From Dehalococcoidales bacterium (GTDB lineage: Bacteria > Chloroflexota > Dehalococcoidia > Dehalococcoidales > RBG-16-60-22): a stretch of 58,743 nucleotides of DNA. A program made the translations under genes and the position numbers. The DNA lies in contig JBEKDL010000001.1 of assembly GCA_050014355.1 (NCBI GenBank), positions 1-58,743 of the forward strand, given 5' to 3'. Of this stretch, positions 32,795 through 42,273 are shown piece after piece. Below the pieces are notes generated by a model that saw only the letters and a program-made list of their open reading frames with translations, searched no databases and was not told the origin of the DNA. The first letter of the stretch is position 1. Every line of letters begins with the position of its first letter.

Positions 32795-34036
32795 ATGAAT
32801 AAAACCTCCGGAGAACTTTACAACGAGAGACTTAAAAGAATCGAGGACGCTATCCGGTTAAAAAAACCGGACAGTGTCCCTATCCTAGTGGAATTTGGTT
32901 ATTTTATCGCCAGATATTCCGGCGTCACCTATCGGGATATTATATACGACCGCGCTAAATGTGTCACAGCTTATCAAAAAACCGTCACAGAGTTAGAGCC
33001 CGATGTTTTCCATTGCATTCCTTTTGACTCCGGGGTCGCCATGGAAACGATAGATACGAGAATCGTGAAATGGCCGGGGCGCGGGTTAGCCCCCAACCAG
33101 AGCCATCAATACGTGGAAGGTGAATACATGATGGCCGATGAATATGATTCCTTCCTGGAAAACCCGACCGATTTTATCTTGAGGACTTATCTACCCCGCA
33201 CCTGCGGAGCTCTGGGCTCGTTCAGGGAATTTCCCGGCCAGCTTAACTTATTGAGTATTGCCAGGGGAAGGATGACCCCGCTTTTCGCCGAGCCTGAATT
33301 CATCACTGCCTTTCAAGCGATTTATCAAGCTTCACAGGCGGCGGCGGAATGGAATGCCGCCTGGAAACGCTTTATTAAAGATATTGAAGATAAGGGTTAT
33401 CCGGCGATTACTCTCGTCGGTGGGCAAGCGCCTTTTGACTTTTTTTCCGACCATCTAAGGGGTATGAAAGGGATAATGCTGGACATGTACCGCCAGCCGG
33501 ATAAACTCCTGGCTGCCATGGACAGAGTTTTACCTATTCTGATACGAAAAATTAAGACCCTCACCAGAGTTAGTGGCAATAATCTGGTATTCATGGGACC
33601 CCATCGGGGGTCGGAAGGTTTTATGTCGTTAAAACAATTTGAGAAATTCTATTGGCCCGGTTTAAAAGCGACTATCTTGGCCGTGATTGAAAGCGGGTTC
33701 ACTCCTTATGTCCTCTGGGAGGGGGACTATACCTCGCGCTTGAAGTATCTTCTTGAACTGCCCGCCGGGAAAATACTCTGCCGCTTTGACCGGACAGACA
33801 TATTTAAGGCCAGCCAGGTGTTAGGCGGACATCACTGCATCGCCGGTGGTATGTCGCCTTCACTTTTACAGGTAGGCAGTGTGCAACAAGTTAAAGACCA
33901 TTGTAAAAGACTGATTGAAACCATCGGCAGGGACGGCGGCTATGTCATGGGGCATAGTGTCGTGCTGGATGAAGCCAGGATAGAAAATGTCAGGGCCATG
34001 GTTGACGCTACCAGGGAGTATGGCGTTTACCGATAG
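32795..34036 (+). CDS. Uroporphyrinogen decarboxylase (URO-D)-family protein (MtaA/CmuA/O-demethylase MT-like or decarboxylase)
   Basis: About 410 aa with URO-D-like organisation (…LRGMKGIMLDMYRQPDKL…, …PYVLWEGDY…, …GGYVMGHSVVLDE…). The substrate is not inferable. Confidence 0.65.
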   Translation: MNKTSGELYNERLKRIEDAIRLKKPDSVPILVEFGYFIARYSGVTYRDIIYDRAKCVTAYQKTVTELEPDVFHCIPFDSGVAMETIDTRIVKWPGRGLAPNQSHQYVEGEYMMADEYDSFLENPTDFILRTYLPRTCGALGSFREFPGQLNLLSIARGRMTPLFAEPEFITAFQAIYQASQAAAEWNAAWKRFIKDIEDKGYPAITLVGGQAPFDFFSDHLRGMKGIMLDMYRQPDKLLAAMDRVLPILIRKIKTLTRVSGNNLVFMGPHRGSEGFMSLKQFEKFYWPGLKATILAVIESGFTPYVLWEGDYTSRLKYLLELPAGKILCRFDRTDIFKASQVLGGHHCIAGGMSPSLLQVGSVQQVKDHCKRLIETIGRDGGYVMGHSVVLDEARIENVRAMVDATREYGVYR

Positions 34037-34093
34037 GAAAAACCTTTATCAATCGAAAAGTTTCAGCTTAGATTTTAATAAGGAGGGAACCAG

Positions 34094-36694
34094 GTGCCAA
34101 AGGATAAAGAGAAAAAAGTAGTTGAACCGGCGTTTGAACCGGAGCGAACAGTTACGAAAACGCTCAACCTCGGAGGACGTCAGGGCCTTCCCATGAGGGT
34201 CGATGTTAAAAACGGCAGAATTATCAGAATCAGACCGCTCCATTTTGATGAAAAGTACTCCCTGGAACATATCCAGCCCTGGAAAATAAAAGCCAGAGGC
34301 AAAGTATACGAATCGCACATGAAATCCCTACCTTACGCTATTCAAACAGGCTACAAAAGGAGGGTTTACTCGCCGAACCGGATTCTCTATCCGCTTAAAA
34401 GAGTCGACTTTGACCCCAACGGCGAAAGGAATCCCCAGAACCGCGGTATCAGCAAGTTCAAGAGAATCTCCTGGGACGAGGCTACCGATATCATCGCCAG
34501 CGAGATAAAGAGAATCCATAAAGAGTACGGACCTTTTGCTATACTCTGCCAGGGAGATGAGATAGGCCACGGGGAATCGAAGAACGTGCATCGCACCCAC
34601 GGCTGCCAGAAGTGGCTCCTGGGCAAAATGGGCGGCTATACCGACCAGGTCAGGAACGCGGATAGCGCCGAAGGCTTCTACTGGGGGGCCAAGCACGTGT
34701 GGGGAGATATGCAGGAAGGCCAGCAGCTACCTCAAACCAACTGTTTGAAGGATATCTCCGAGCACACCGAGATGATTTTACACTGGGGCACCGATTTTGA
34801 GACTACTCCCCGGGAAAAGGACCCTTCCCTGTTCTCTCTATGGTACAAAGAGCTGGGTATCAAACGTGTTTTTATAACCCCGGATTTGAATTATGCGGCG
34901 GCGGTGCATGGCGACAAATGGATACCGGTTATCCCCAACACGGACGCAGCTTTACTGCTGGCCATAGCCTACGACTGGATTACCGAAGGCACCTACGATA
35001 AAGAGTACGTCGCCACCCATACCTTCGGGTTTGATAAGTTTTGTGAATATGTGCTGGGCAAAGAAGACGGCATACCCAAGACGCCGGCCTGGTCTTCCCC
35101 GATATGCGGCGTTAACGAGTGGACCATCCATGCCCTGGCCCAGCAATGGGGCACCAGGCTAACTTCTATCGTTCAATTCGGGGGAGGGGGGATGATTCGC
35201 GGGCCATTTTCCAGTGAACCCGCCCGGCTCGAAATTCTATGCATGGCGATGCAGGGCATTGGCAAACCCGGAGTCCAGGAATGCTGGCCCACCGCCGGTA
35301 TACCGCTGCCGATGGTATCTCCGGATTGCAGCAGCGCGGCGCCGTTCCGCCGCCTGCCGTGGATGAAACAGCTTATCAGCAAGGTTTTCATTCATAAAGC
35401 CATTCTTGAACCGCCTATCTCTCACTGGGGCAAGAGCCGCTTTTTCCTGCCGGTCGAAGACCAGTTCATCAAATATACCTATCCGATACCCAAAGAAGAG
35501 GGCGGTACCAGACTCCACATGCTATGGACCGACCATCCCAGCTGGATAGGCAACTGGAACGGCGGCAACCTGATGATTAAAGCCTGGAGAGACCCCAGCA
35601 TAGAGTTCATCGTGGCGCAACATCCCTGGCTGGAAAATGACTGCCTCTACGCCGATATTATTCTGCCCATCAATACCATCATGGAAGAGGAAGACATCAT
35701 GTCCACCGGACTAAGTGGAGGGGCCTACGCCACTGTCTTCCATTCGGAAAAAGCCATCGAACCTTTAGGCGAATCTAAGTCCGATTACGAAGCGGTAGGA
35801 GAGGTGGCCAAAAAGCTGGGCATGTGGGAGCAGTACTCCGGAGGCAAGACCATTGAGGAAAAAGTGAAGCACGGCTATGAGAACTCCGGTGTTGCCGAGA
35901 TGATAAGCTGGGAAGAATTAAACGAAAAGGGCTATTTTGTCGTTCCACCGCGACCGGACTGGGAAAAAGCCCCGGCCGGCATGTACGAATTTTACAAGGA
36001 CCCCGAAGGCCATCCCGTGCATACGAAATCCGGCAAGATAGAGTTCTATTCACAATGGCTGGCCGAGCACTTCCCGGATGACAGGGAAAGGCCTCCGGTG
36101 CCCCACTGGGTGCCGGGAGGTCCCGGCTGGTCTTTAGATGAGTCCCTCCTGGGGGAGAGAGCGAAGAAATATCCTCTTCTGGTAATTTCGAACCATCCCC
36201 GGTGGAGAAATCACGTCCAGTGCGATGATGAGTCCTGGATACGTGAAATCCCGACCTGTAAGATGAGAGGCCCGGATGGGTATTTGTATGAACCTGCCTG
36301 GATTCATCCCATGGAGGCGGCTAAAAGAGGCATCAAACACGGTGATATTATCAAAATGTTCAATGACCGCGGCACCGTCCTGGGTGCCGCCTATGTCACG
36401 GAAAGGGTCATCCCGAGAGCTGTGATGCAGGACCATGGCGCCCGGACTGACGAAATCATCTCTCCCGGTGTAGACAGAGGCGGAAATCACAACCTCATTT
36501 GCCCGGACCATATCTCTTCTGAACACTGTACCGCCATGGCTACCAACAATTTCCTGGTGGAAATCGAAAAGCTGGACCCCCGGGAAATGGAAGAGTGGCG
36601 GGAGAAATACCCCGCGCCATTCAAACGGGATTATGAACCATCGACTGGCCTTTGTTTCACCAGCTGGGTTGAGGTCGAAGGAGGTAATAAATAA
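34094..36694 (+). CDS. Molybdopterin oxidoreductase, pyrogallol hydroxytransferase (AthL)-like large subunit
   Basis: 866 aa with no twin-arginine signal and no N-terminal FeS Cys motif. The blocks YPLKRVDFDPNGERNPQNRG, RISWDEATDII, DGIPKTPAW, RGGNHNLICPD and the C-terminal LVEIEKLD match my recollection of Pelobacter AthL. Confidence 0.8.
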   Translation: MPKDKEKKVVEPAFEPERTVTKTLNLGGRQGLPMRVDVKNGRIIRIRPLHFDEKYSLEHIQPWKIKARGKVYESHMKSLPYAIQTGYKRRVYSPNRILYPLKRVDFDPNGERNPQNRGISKFKRISWDEATDIIASEIKRIHKEYGPFAILCQGDEIGHGESKNVHRTHGCQKWLLGKMGGYTDQVRNADSAEGFYWGAKHVWGDMQEGQQLPQTNCLKDISEHTEMILHWGTDFETTPREKDPSLFSLWYKELGIKRVFITPDLNYAAAVHGDKWIPVIPNTDAALLLAIAYDWITEGTYDKEYVATHTFGFDKFCEYVLGKEDGIPKTPAWSSPICGVNEWTIHALAQQWGTRLTSIVQFGGGGMIRGPFSSEPARLEILCMAMQGIGKPGVQECWPTAGIPLPMVSPDCSSAAPFRRLPWMKQLISKVFIHKAILEPPISHWGKSRFFLPVEDQFIKYTYPIPKEEGGTRLHMLWTDHPSWIGNWNGGNLMIKAWRDPSIEFIVAQHPWLENDCLYADIILPINTIMEEEDIMSTGLSGGAYATVFHSEKAIEPLGESKSDYEAVGEVAKKLGMWEQYSGGKTIEEKVKHGYENSGVAEMISWEELNEKGYFVVPPRPDWEKAPAGMYEFYKDPEGHPVHTKSGKIEFYSQWLAEHFPDDRERPPVPHWVPGGPGWSLDESLLGERAKKYPLLVISNHPRWRNHVQCDDESWIREIPTCKMRGPDGYLYEPAWIHPMEAAKRGIKHGDIIKMFNDRGTVLGAAYVTERVIPRAVMQDHGARTDEIISPGVDRGGNHNLICPDHISSEHCTAMATNNFLVEIEKLDPREMEEWREKYPAPFKRDYEPSTGLCFTSWVEVEGGNK

Positions 36695-37498
36695 ATGAAA
36701 GCCTTTGTGCTGGACCTTGCGAGATGCGTCGGATGTTATAACTGCCAGGTAGCCTGCAAAGACGAGCATTGCGGCAACGACTGGACGCCGTATGCCAGAC
36801 CCCAGCCGGACACCGGCCAGTTCTGGCTGAAAGTAAACTACGAGGAGAAAGGGACTATTCCTAAAGTCCGCGTGGCATACCAGCCTGTCCTCTGTAATCA
36901 TTGCGCCGCCGCTCCTTGCATGGCGGCCTGCCCGGTCGAAGGCGCGCTGTACCGGAGAGACGACGGATTGGTGATTATCGACCCAAAGAAGTGCACCGGC
37001 TGCAAAAATTGCGTGCTGGCCTGCCCTTACGGTGCTATTTATTATAACGATGACCTGCACCTGGCCCAGAAATGCACCGGCTGCGCCCATTTATTAGATA
37101 AAGGCTGGAAGGAGCCCCGGTGCGCTGATTCCTGCCCGACGCAAGCTCTAAGGCTTATTGATGAATCCGAGCTCGATAAAATCAAGGGTAAACTGGAAGT
37201 AGCGCATCCCGAGTACAGTACGAAGCCGCGGGTATACTATCTCAACGTGCCCAAGAAATTTGTCGCCGGTACGGTATATGATATCCTGACAAAAAGGATT
37301 ATCATGGGGGCCAATTGCACCCTCACCGGCGAGGGTGCCACTTTTACTGCTACGACTGATGGATTCGGCGATTTCTGGTTTGAAAATCTCAAGGCAGGCA
37401 CTTATTCATTAAAAATAGAGGCCAAAAGTTTCCATACTAAAACGATAGATAAAATCAACACGGAAAAAGATGTGAATCTGGGTGATATACCACTTTAA
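36695..37498 (+). CDS. 4Fe-4S ferredoxin-type beta subunit with a C-terminal carboxypeptidase-regulatory-like domain (BthL-like)
   Basis: Cys groups CVGCYNCQVACKDEHC, CNHCAAAPCMAACP, CTGCKNCVLACP and CTGC...CADSCP. The C-terminal beta-sandwich reads GTVYD...TTDGFGDFWFENLKAGTYSLKIEA. Confidence 0.85.
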   Translation: MKAFVLDLARCVGCYNCQVACKDEHCGNDWTPYARPQPDTGQFWLKVNYEEKGTIPKVRVAYQPVLCNHCAAAPCMAACPVEGALYRRDDGLVIIDPKKCTGCKNCVLACPYGAIYYNDDLHLAQKCTGCAHLLDKGWKEPRCADSCPTQALRLIDESELDKIKGKLEVAHPEYSTKPRVYYLNVPKKFVAGTVYDILTKRIIMGANCTLTGEGATFTATTDGFGDFWFENLKAGTYSLKIEAKSFHTKTIDKINTEKDVNLGDIPL

Positions 37499-37575
37499 AC
37501 AATATATTGTATAATCTTGAGCATGAACATCGTTTTAAAAGTTGAGTTAAGCCGGAATCTATAAGGAGATTGAAT

Positions 37576-37878
37576 ATGGCTGAACCTATCGTATCAGCAG
37601 ATGGAAAATTGCAGATAATGCGCCACAGTATCGTTTATCCTCCTATGGGGCCCAAATCAGTCCAGGGCGCCGTAAAAAACCTTGGTCCGGCTAATGTTAA
37701 TGCTGAAATAAAAGTTGAATTCTACGACGAGTCCGGCAATTCGCTGGGCCAATGTTCCGGGACCTTTAAAGATATAGCCCCGGGTGAAGTCAGGTTATTC
37801 GACGTGTGGGCGGAGAGGCTGCCCAACATGTATGAGATTGAAAGCCATAAAATAGTTTCGGTACGCGCCGTCGCTTAG
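37576..37878 (+). CDS. Small hypothetical protein, FxLYD-domain-like
   Basis: G.VKNLG...V.VEFYDESGN.LG....F.DI.PGE...F pattern. ATG 37576 lies 7 nt after AAGGAG. Confidence 0.45.
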   Translation: MAEPIVSADGKLQIMRHSIVYPPMGPKSVQGAVKNLGPANVNAEIKVEFYDESGNSLGQCSGTFKDIAPGEVRLFDVWAERLPNMYEIESHKIVSVRAVA

Positions 37879-37916
37879 TGAAACACGCCCCGCAACGCAA
37901 ATACCGATATTTTCTT

Positions 37917-38321
37917 TTAATCCGTCTTCTTCATGTATTCAGCGGTAAAATACATATTGTTGAACAGTAAAGGCTTACCCACCCTGTTAAAATATAATGG
38001 ACAATGCATCACTCCGCCGGGAACATAAACGACAGTAGTCTGGTTGATGATGTGCTTTTCGCCTCCCACGTAAAGCTCTATTTCGGCATCGAAGTCGAAG
38101 ACGTCACTTAAATTACCCCCGATGAAAGCCAGGATTTGGGCGTAATCATGCTTATGGCCCTCCGGAACCATCTTGAAAGGCTTAAAAATCGGCACCCAGC
38201 CTATGCCGAAGTCCCCTAACTTGCCTTTATCAACTAAGATGCTGGTCCCTTTAATTTCCGGACGGGACGGCCCCGTAATACCCTGCGCTTTCGAATAAAA
38301 GTACTTATCGTATTTACCCAT
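37917..38321 (-). CDS. Cupin-fold hypothetical protein
   Basis: EGHKHDYAQILAF...VVYVPGGVMHCP (His-containing cupin motifs). ATG 38321 follows AGAGGGGG. The listed 38369 start lacks an RBS. Confidence 0.5.
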   Translation of the reverse strand: MGKYDKYFYSKAQGITGPSRPEIKGTSILVDKGKLGDFGIGWVPIFKPFKMVPEGHKHDYAQILAFIGGNLSDVFDFDAEIELYVGGEKHIINQTTVVYVPGGVMHCPLYFNRVGKPLLFNNMYFTAEYMKKTD

Positions 38322-38429
38322 TCTTTGATACCCCCTCTTTAAATTGTTAATTTCGACGATCGTTGCCATATTCTATCATCATGTTAAACATCAAAGCAAA
38401 ATAATTATCCAGTAAGATATCATATATGT

Positions 38430-38457
38430 TTGACAAACATTTAAAAAGTGGTATGAT
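38430..38457 (+). promoter_or_regulatory. Promoter of the substrate-binding protein gene
   Basis: TTGACA, a 16-nt spacer, then TGgTATGAT (extended -10). Confidence 0.5.
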
Positions 38458-38518
38458 AATAAACAACGATATTCCCGGTACGCTAAGAATATCAAAAATA
38501 TAAGAAGGAGGCCCCCTG

Positions 38519-40135
38519 GTGAAAAAGAAAAAACCAATCCTCAAGTTTGTCTACCTGGCAGTGGCGTTGAGCATCGTTTTGTTGTTGCTAATTCCCGGTT
38601 GTGGTACAAAGACCACTTCCACGACCGCGGCCGCAACAACGACATCTGTATCCAAACCGACCACCACCACAGCCACCACACTGACGCCGCAAAACGGCGG
38701 CACGTTGGTCATCTCATTAAGCGCTGACGTGAACATGATTGGCGAGCCATCGGGAACTCAAAAAGGGACCAAGCTGATGCAGAAACCTGCCATCGAGTAC
38801 CTCGCAATCTTTGATAATAACGGCAACATCGTCCCCTGGCTGGCCGATAGCTGGAAAACCGACCCCGTGGCTAACACGCTCACCATCACGATTAAAAAAG
38901 GCATCACCTTCCATGATGGCACCACCTTCGATGCTGCAGCCGTGAAGTGGAACCTCGACCACGAAATAGCGATGAAAAAACAGGAGATGCAGAGCGTCGC
39001 CTCCATCGATGTGGTTGATACCTCTACCGTCCGCGTCAATCTCAAGCAGTGGGACAGCTCAATCGTCTACGACGTATGCTGGTCATCCGGCGGCATGATT
39101 TCCCCCACCGCCGCACAAGCGCATGACGCGGCCTGGATCCAAGCGAACCCGGTAGGCACCGGCCCTTTCCAGTTCGTGAGCTGGCAGCATGACGTATCCA
39201 TCATCTTCAAGAAATTCGACGGCTACTGGCAGAAAGGCAAACCCTATCTCGACGGCATCAAGTTTGTCTTTATTCCGGACGATACGACGAGACAGTCTTC
39301 CTTCCAGGCCGGAGAAACGAACGTTATCTTCGCCGTGACGCCTCAAATGGCCCAGACGCTGGAGCAGGGAAACAAATACGTCGAAACCGCCGTTAAAAAT
39401 GGCAACGGCACAACGCAATGGATGATAGTCCCCGACGGCGGCCACGCGACCTCTAAATTTGCCGACGCCAGGGTCCGCAACGCCATCGAGTACGCCATCG
39501 ATAAAAAGAAGCTTGCCGATAGCTTCTTCTACGGCCACGCGGTAGTCACCGACGAGTGGGGCCCGCCCGGTAACTTCGCTTACGACCCCAATATGGCCAG
39601 CCATCCTTATAACCCCGCCAAGGCCAAAGAGCTGCTGGCGGCCGCGGGCTATCCCAACGGGTTCAGCACCTACATTATGTGCAACCCGGTCCATGTGACG
39701 GTGCTCCAGGCGGTTAAAGACATGCTTTCCGCCGTGAACATCAACCTTGATATCAAGGTCTACGACGTTGCCGGACTATTTGCGCCCATCATGAAGGGCT
39801 GGGACGACGGCCTGCTCCTCATGAGCGTGCAGCCTGACGGCGACGTTCTCTCGAGGCTGGGCTGGGTGCAGACGGGCGCCCCTCTGATGCCCTGTATCCT
39901 CTTTACTGCCCAGACCGACCAGATGATTAAGGACGCCAAGGCCGCGCCGGACGACAAGACCAAGCAGGCGCTTACCTGGAAAGTGCAGGACAGGGTCTTT
40001 GGCGAGCAGTCGGTCATGATTCCGCTGTGGGTAATCGATGATATTACTTTCAGGTCACCGAAGGTCCATAATGACGGCCTGGACATGATTGAGGGCGGAC
40101 AGTGGACTCCTCAAGACGCCTGGATGGAACATTAA
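38519..40135 (+). CDS. ABC transporter substrate-binding lipoprotein, family 5 (peptide/nickel/opine, DppA/OppA-like)
   Basis: Lipobox LLIPGCG, a Thr-rich linker, and family-5 SBP length and blocks (…FHDGT.FDA.AV..N…). GTG start after AAGGAGG. Confidence 0.85.
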   Translation: MKKKKPILKFVYLAVALSIVLLLLIPGCGTKTTSTTAAATTTSVSKPTTTTATTLTPQNGGTLVISLSADVNMIGEPSGTQKGTKLMQKPAIEYLAIFDNNGNIVPWLADSWKTDPVANTLTITIKKGITFHDGTTFDAAAVKWNLDHEIAMKKQEMQSVASIDVVDTSTVRVNLKQWDSSIVYDVCWSSGGMISPTAAQAHDAAWIQANPVGTGPFQFVSWQHDVSIIFKKFDGYWQKGKPYLDGIKFVFIPDDTTRQSSFQAGETNVIFAVTPQMAQTLEQGNKYVETAVKNGNGTTQWMIVPDGGHATSKFADARVRNAIEYAIDKKKLADSFFYGHAVVTDEWGPPGNFAYDPNMASHPYNPAKAKELLAAAGYPNGFSTYIMCNPVHVTVLQAVKDMLSAVNINLDIKVYDVAGLFAPIMKGWDDGLLLMSVQPDGDVLSRLGWVQTGAPLMPCILFTAQTDQMIKDAKAAPDDKTKQALTWKVQDRVFGEQSVMIPLWVIDDITFRSPKVHNDGLDMIEGGQWTPQDAWMEH

Positions 40136-40150
40136 TCCGGAATCGGGAAA

Positions 40151-40191
40151 AAGGGGGTGGGCCGGCCTCCCGGCTCACCCCTTCTCCTTTT
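40151..40191 (+). terminator. Intrinsic terminator after the SBP gene
   Basis: AAGGGGGTGGGCCGG-cctc-CCGGCTCACCCCTT imperfect stem, then CTCCTTTT. Confidence 0.55.
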
Positions 40192-40242
40192 GCGGGTCAA
40201 TAGCTCAAAATTGAATTTAGTGCATATTGCTTTAAAACATAG

Positions 40243-40271
40243 TTGACATGCGCGTTGACTTTATCTATTAT
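40243..40271 (+). promoter_or_regulatory. Consensus-like promoter for the permease genes
   Basis: TTGACA (40243-40248), a 17-nt spacer, then TATTAT (40266-40271). Confidence 0.55.
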
Positions 40272-40325
40272 CAAATCAATCTTATTCTTTCAAGAAAAAT
40301 CCACGAGAAATAAAGACGGAGTAAT

Positions 40326-41267
40326 TTGGCAAGCTACATCGTCCGGAGACTGTTGCTGGGTATTATCGTTCTTTTCCTGGTCACCATCATTATCTTTCTT
40401 CTCATACAGATCATACCCGGCGACCCCGCGATAACGATGCTCGGCCCCCAGGCCAGCAAAGAGCAGCTGGAGGACATGAGAAAGCAGCTCTGGCTGGACC
40501 GTTCCCTGCCTGTCCAGTACGAGCACTGGCTTTCGGGCGCTCTTCACTTTAGATTCGGTACATCGATATACCACGAGAACATCGCAACGGCGATTATTAC
40601 CCGGCTGCCCATCACCCTGTACTATTCCCTAATTGCCCTGGTCTTAGGGAGCTTACTCGGTATTACGGCCGGCATTATATGCGCGGTGAAGCGGGGCAGT
40701 TTTTTAGATTCGCTGATTACTTTTTTTGCCAATTTCGGTATTTCGGTGCCAGTTTTCTGGCTGGGCGCTTTGGGCATCTATTATTTCGGGCTAAAGCTGA
40801 CCTGGCTACCAATCCAGGGCTACACATCGCCCTTCGATAATTTCTGGCTAAGCATCAAGCACGCTATCATGCCCATCATCTGCCTGGCTATTCCTGCCGT
40901 CGCCGCCTTAGCGCGCCAGACCCGTTCCAGCATGCTCGAGGTATTGCGCCGCGACTACATCCGCACCGCCAGGTCTAAAGGCCTCCTGGAAAAGATTGTC
41001 ATAACCAAACACGCCTTAAAGAATGCCCTTATACCGGTAGTGACCCTGCTCGGCTTGCAGCTGGGTTTTCTCTTCGGCGGTTCGGTGCTGGTGGAAAGGG
41101 TGTTCAATATTCCCGGCATGGGCAGGTTCCTTGTCCAGGGCGCCACAAACAAAGATGTGCCCGTCGTCCAGGCCTGCACGCTGGTTATCGCCCTGGCGGT
41201 GGTGCTGGTAAACCTCGCGGTTGACATATCCTACGGCTGGTTTGACCCCAGAATACACTATGACTAG
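40326..41267 (+). CDS. ABC permease (DppB/OppB-like, BPD_transp_1)
   Basis: YIVRRLL N-terminus and EAA-type loop RRDYIRTARSKGL. TTG start after GACGGAG. Confidence 0.85.
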   Translation: MASYIVRRLLLGIIVLFLVTIIIFLLIQIIPGDPAITMLGPQASKEQLEDMRKQLWLDRSLPVQYEHWLSGALHFRFGTSIYHENIATAIITRLPITLYYSLIALVLGSLLGITAGIICAVKRGSFLDSLITFFANFGISVPVFWLGALGIYYFGLKLTWLPIQGYTSPFDNFWLSIKHAIMPIICLAIPAVAALARQTRSSMLEVLRRDYIRTARSKGLLEKIVITKHALKNALIPVVTLLGLQLGFLFGGSVLVERVFNIPGMGRFLVQGATNKDVPVVQACTLVIALAVVLVNLAVDISYGWFDPRIHYD

Positions 41268-41281
41268 GGAGCTGATAAGTC

Positions 41282-42184
41282 ATGCAGACTGAACCCGCAG
41301 CTAATGTCATTATCGAAACGGCCGCGCCGGCGCGCCAGGCCAGCGAAGCCCGGCGCATCTTCAGGGTAATGTTCAGCCGGTGGATTGTGGCGGTAGGGGC
41401 GTTCATTATCATCGCGATAATCCTGGTGGTTATTTTCGCCCCGCTGGTAGCTCCCTACAATCCCAATAAGCAGGCGCTGGAGATAAGGCTGCAGCAGCCA
41501 ACGCGCGAACACGTCCTGGGGACCGACGAGCTCGGCCGGGATGTGCTAAGCCGCGTCATCTTCGGCACGCGTATCTCGCTGATGGTGGGCTTGCTGGTCA
41601 TCAGCATCGCCAGCTTAATCGGCATGTCACTCGGCATCCTGGCCGGATATTTCGGTCGCTGGACGAACAACGTCATCATGAGAATAACGGACGCGATGAT
41701 GTCGCTTCCGCCTCTGGTGCTGGCCCTGGCCATCGCCACGGCTATCGGAGGCGGTCTGAAGGGCGTGATTTTATCGCTGGGCATAGCGATGGTGCCGGGA
41801 TATTGCCGGTTGATGTGCGGGCAGGTGCTTTCGATTAAAGAAGACGACTACATCACCGGGGCGCGCTCTCTCGGGGCGAGAGATTCGCGGGTGATGCTCC
41901 GCCATATCCTCCCTAACGCGTTTCCGCCCCTGCTGGTGCTATTGACTCTCACAATAGGCTCGGCGATTTTGTCCGAGGCCGGCTTAAGTTTCCTGGGTAT
42001 TGGCGTCGAGCCGGGGACAGCGACCTGGGGCTCTATGGTGAGCGACGGGTATAAGTACCTTTTCACCAACCCGCTGCTTTCTTTTGCGCCGGGTATTGCC
42101 ATCACACTCACGGTTCTCTCATTCAACATGGTAGGAGATGGCTTGAGAGACGCTTTGGACCCCAGATTAAGAGGCACACTTTAA
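41282..42184 (+). CDS. ABC permease (DppC/OppC-like)
   Basis: LGTDELGRDVLSRVIFG and EDDYITGARSLGA blocks typical of OppC/DppC. Confidence 0.85.
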   Translation: MQTEPAANVIIETAAPARQASEARRIFRVMFSRWIVAVGAFIIIAIILVVIFAPLVAPYNPNKQALEIRLQQPTREHVLGTDELGRDVLSRVIFGTRISLMVGLLVISIASLIGMSLGILAGYFGRWTNNVIMRITDAMMSLPPLVLALAIATAIGGGLKGVILSLGIAMVPGYCRLMCGQVLSIKEDDYITGARSLGARDSRVMLRHILPNAFPPLLVLLTLTIGSAILSEAGLSFLGIGVEPGTATWGSMVSDGYKYLFTNPLLSFAPGIAITLTVLSFNMVGDGLRDALDPRLRGTL

Positions 42185-42273
42185 AATCACACAGACTACG
42201 GAGACTTGAAAATTGGTGGCAACTATGCCAGAATGGACAAAGCCATTTTTAAAAAAACGGGTAATAATAGTTT

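Noticed and set aside
31708-34036. Tandem AsnC-like protein plus URO-D-like protein as alternative haem/haem d1 enzymes (AhbAB/NirDL siroheme decarboxylase with a HemE-like enzyme)
   Set aside because: The AsnC protein has classical Lrp-type HTH sequence (…DGRYSYTGLAKDLGINVATVTKRIEKM…) and is divergently transcribed from an operator-like repeat. No other tetrapyrrole genes are adjacent. This could still be tested by alignment to AhbA/B.
36134-37090. 318-aa minus-strand ORF spanning the molybdoenzyme alpha/beta junction
   Set aside because: It is a shadow ORF opposite two strongly supported genes, with no recognisable motifs and no RBS.
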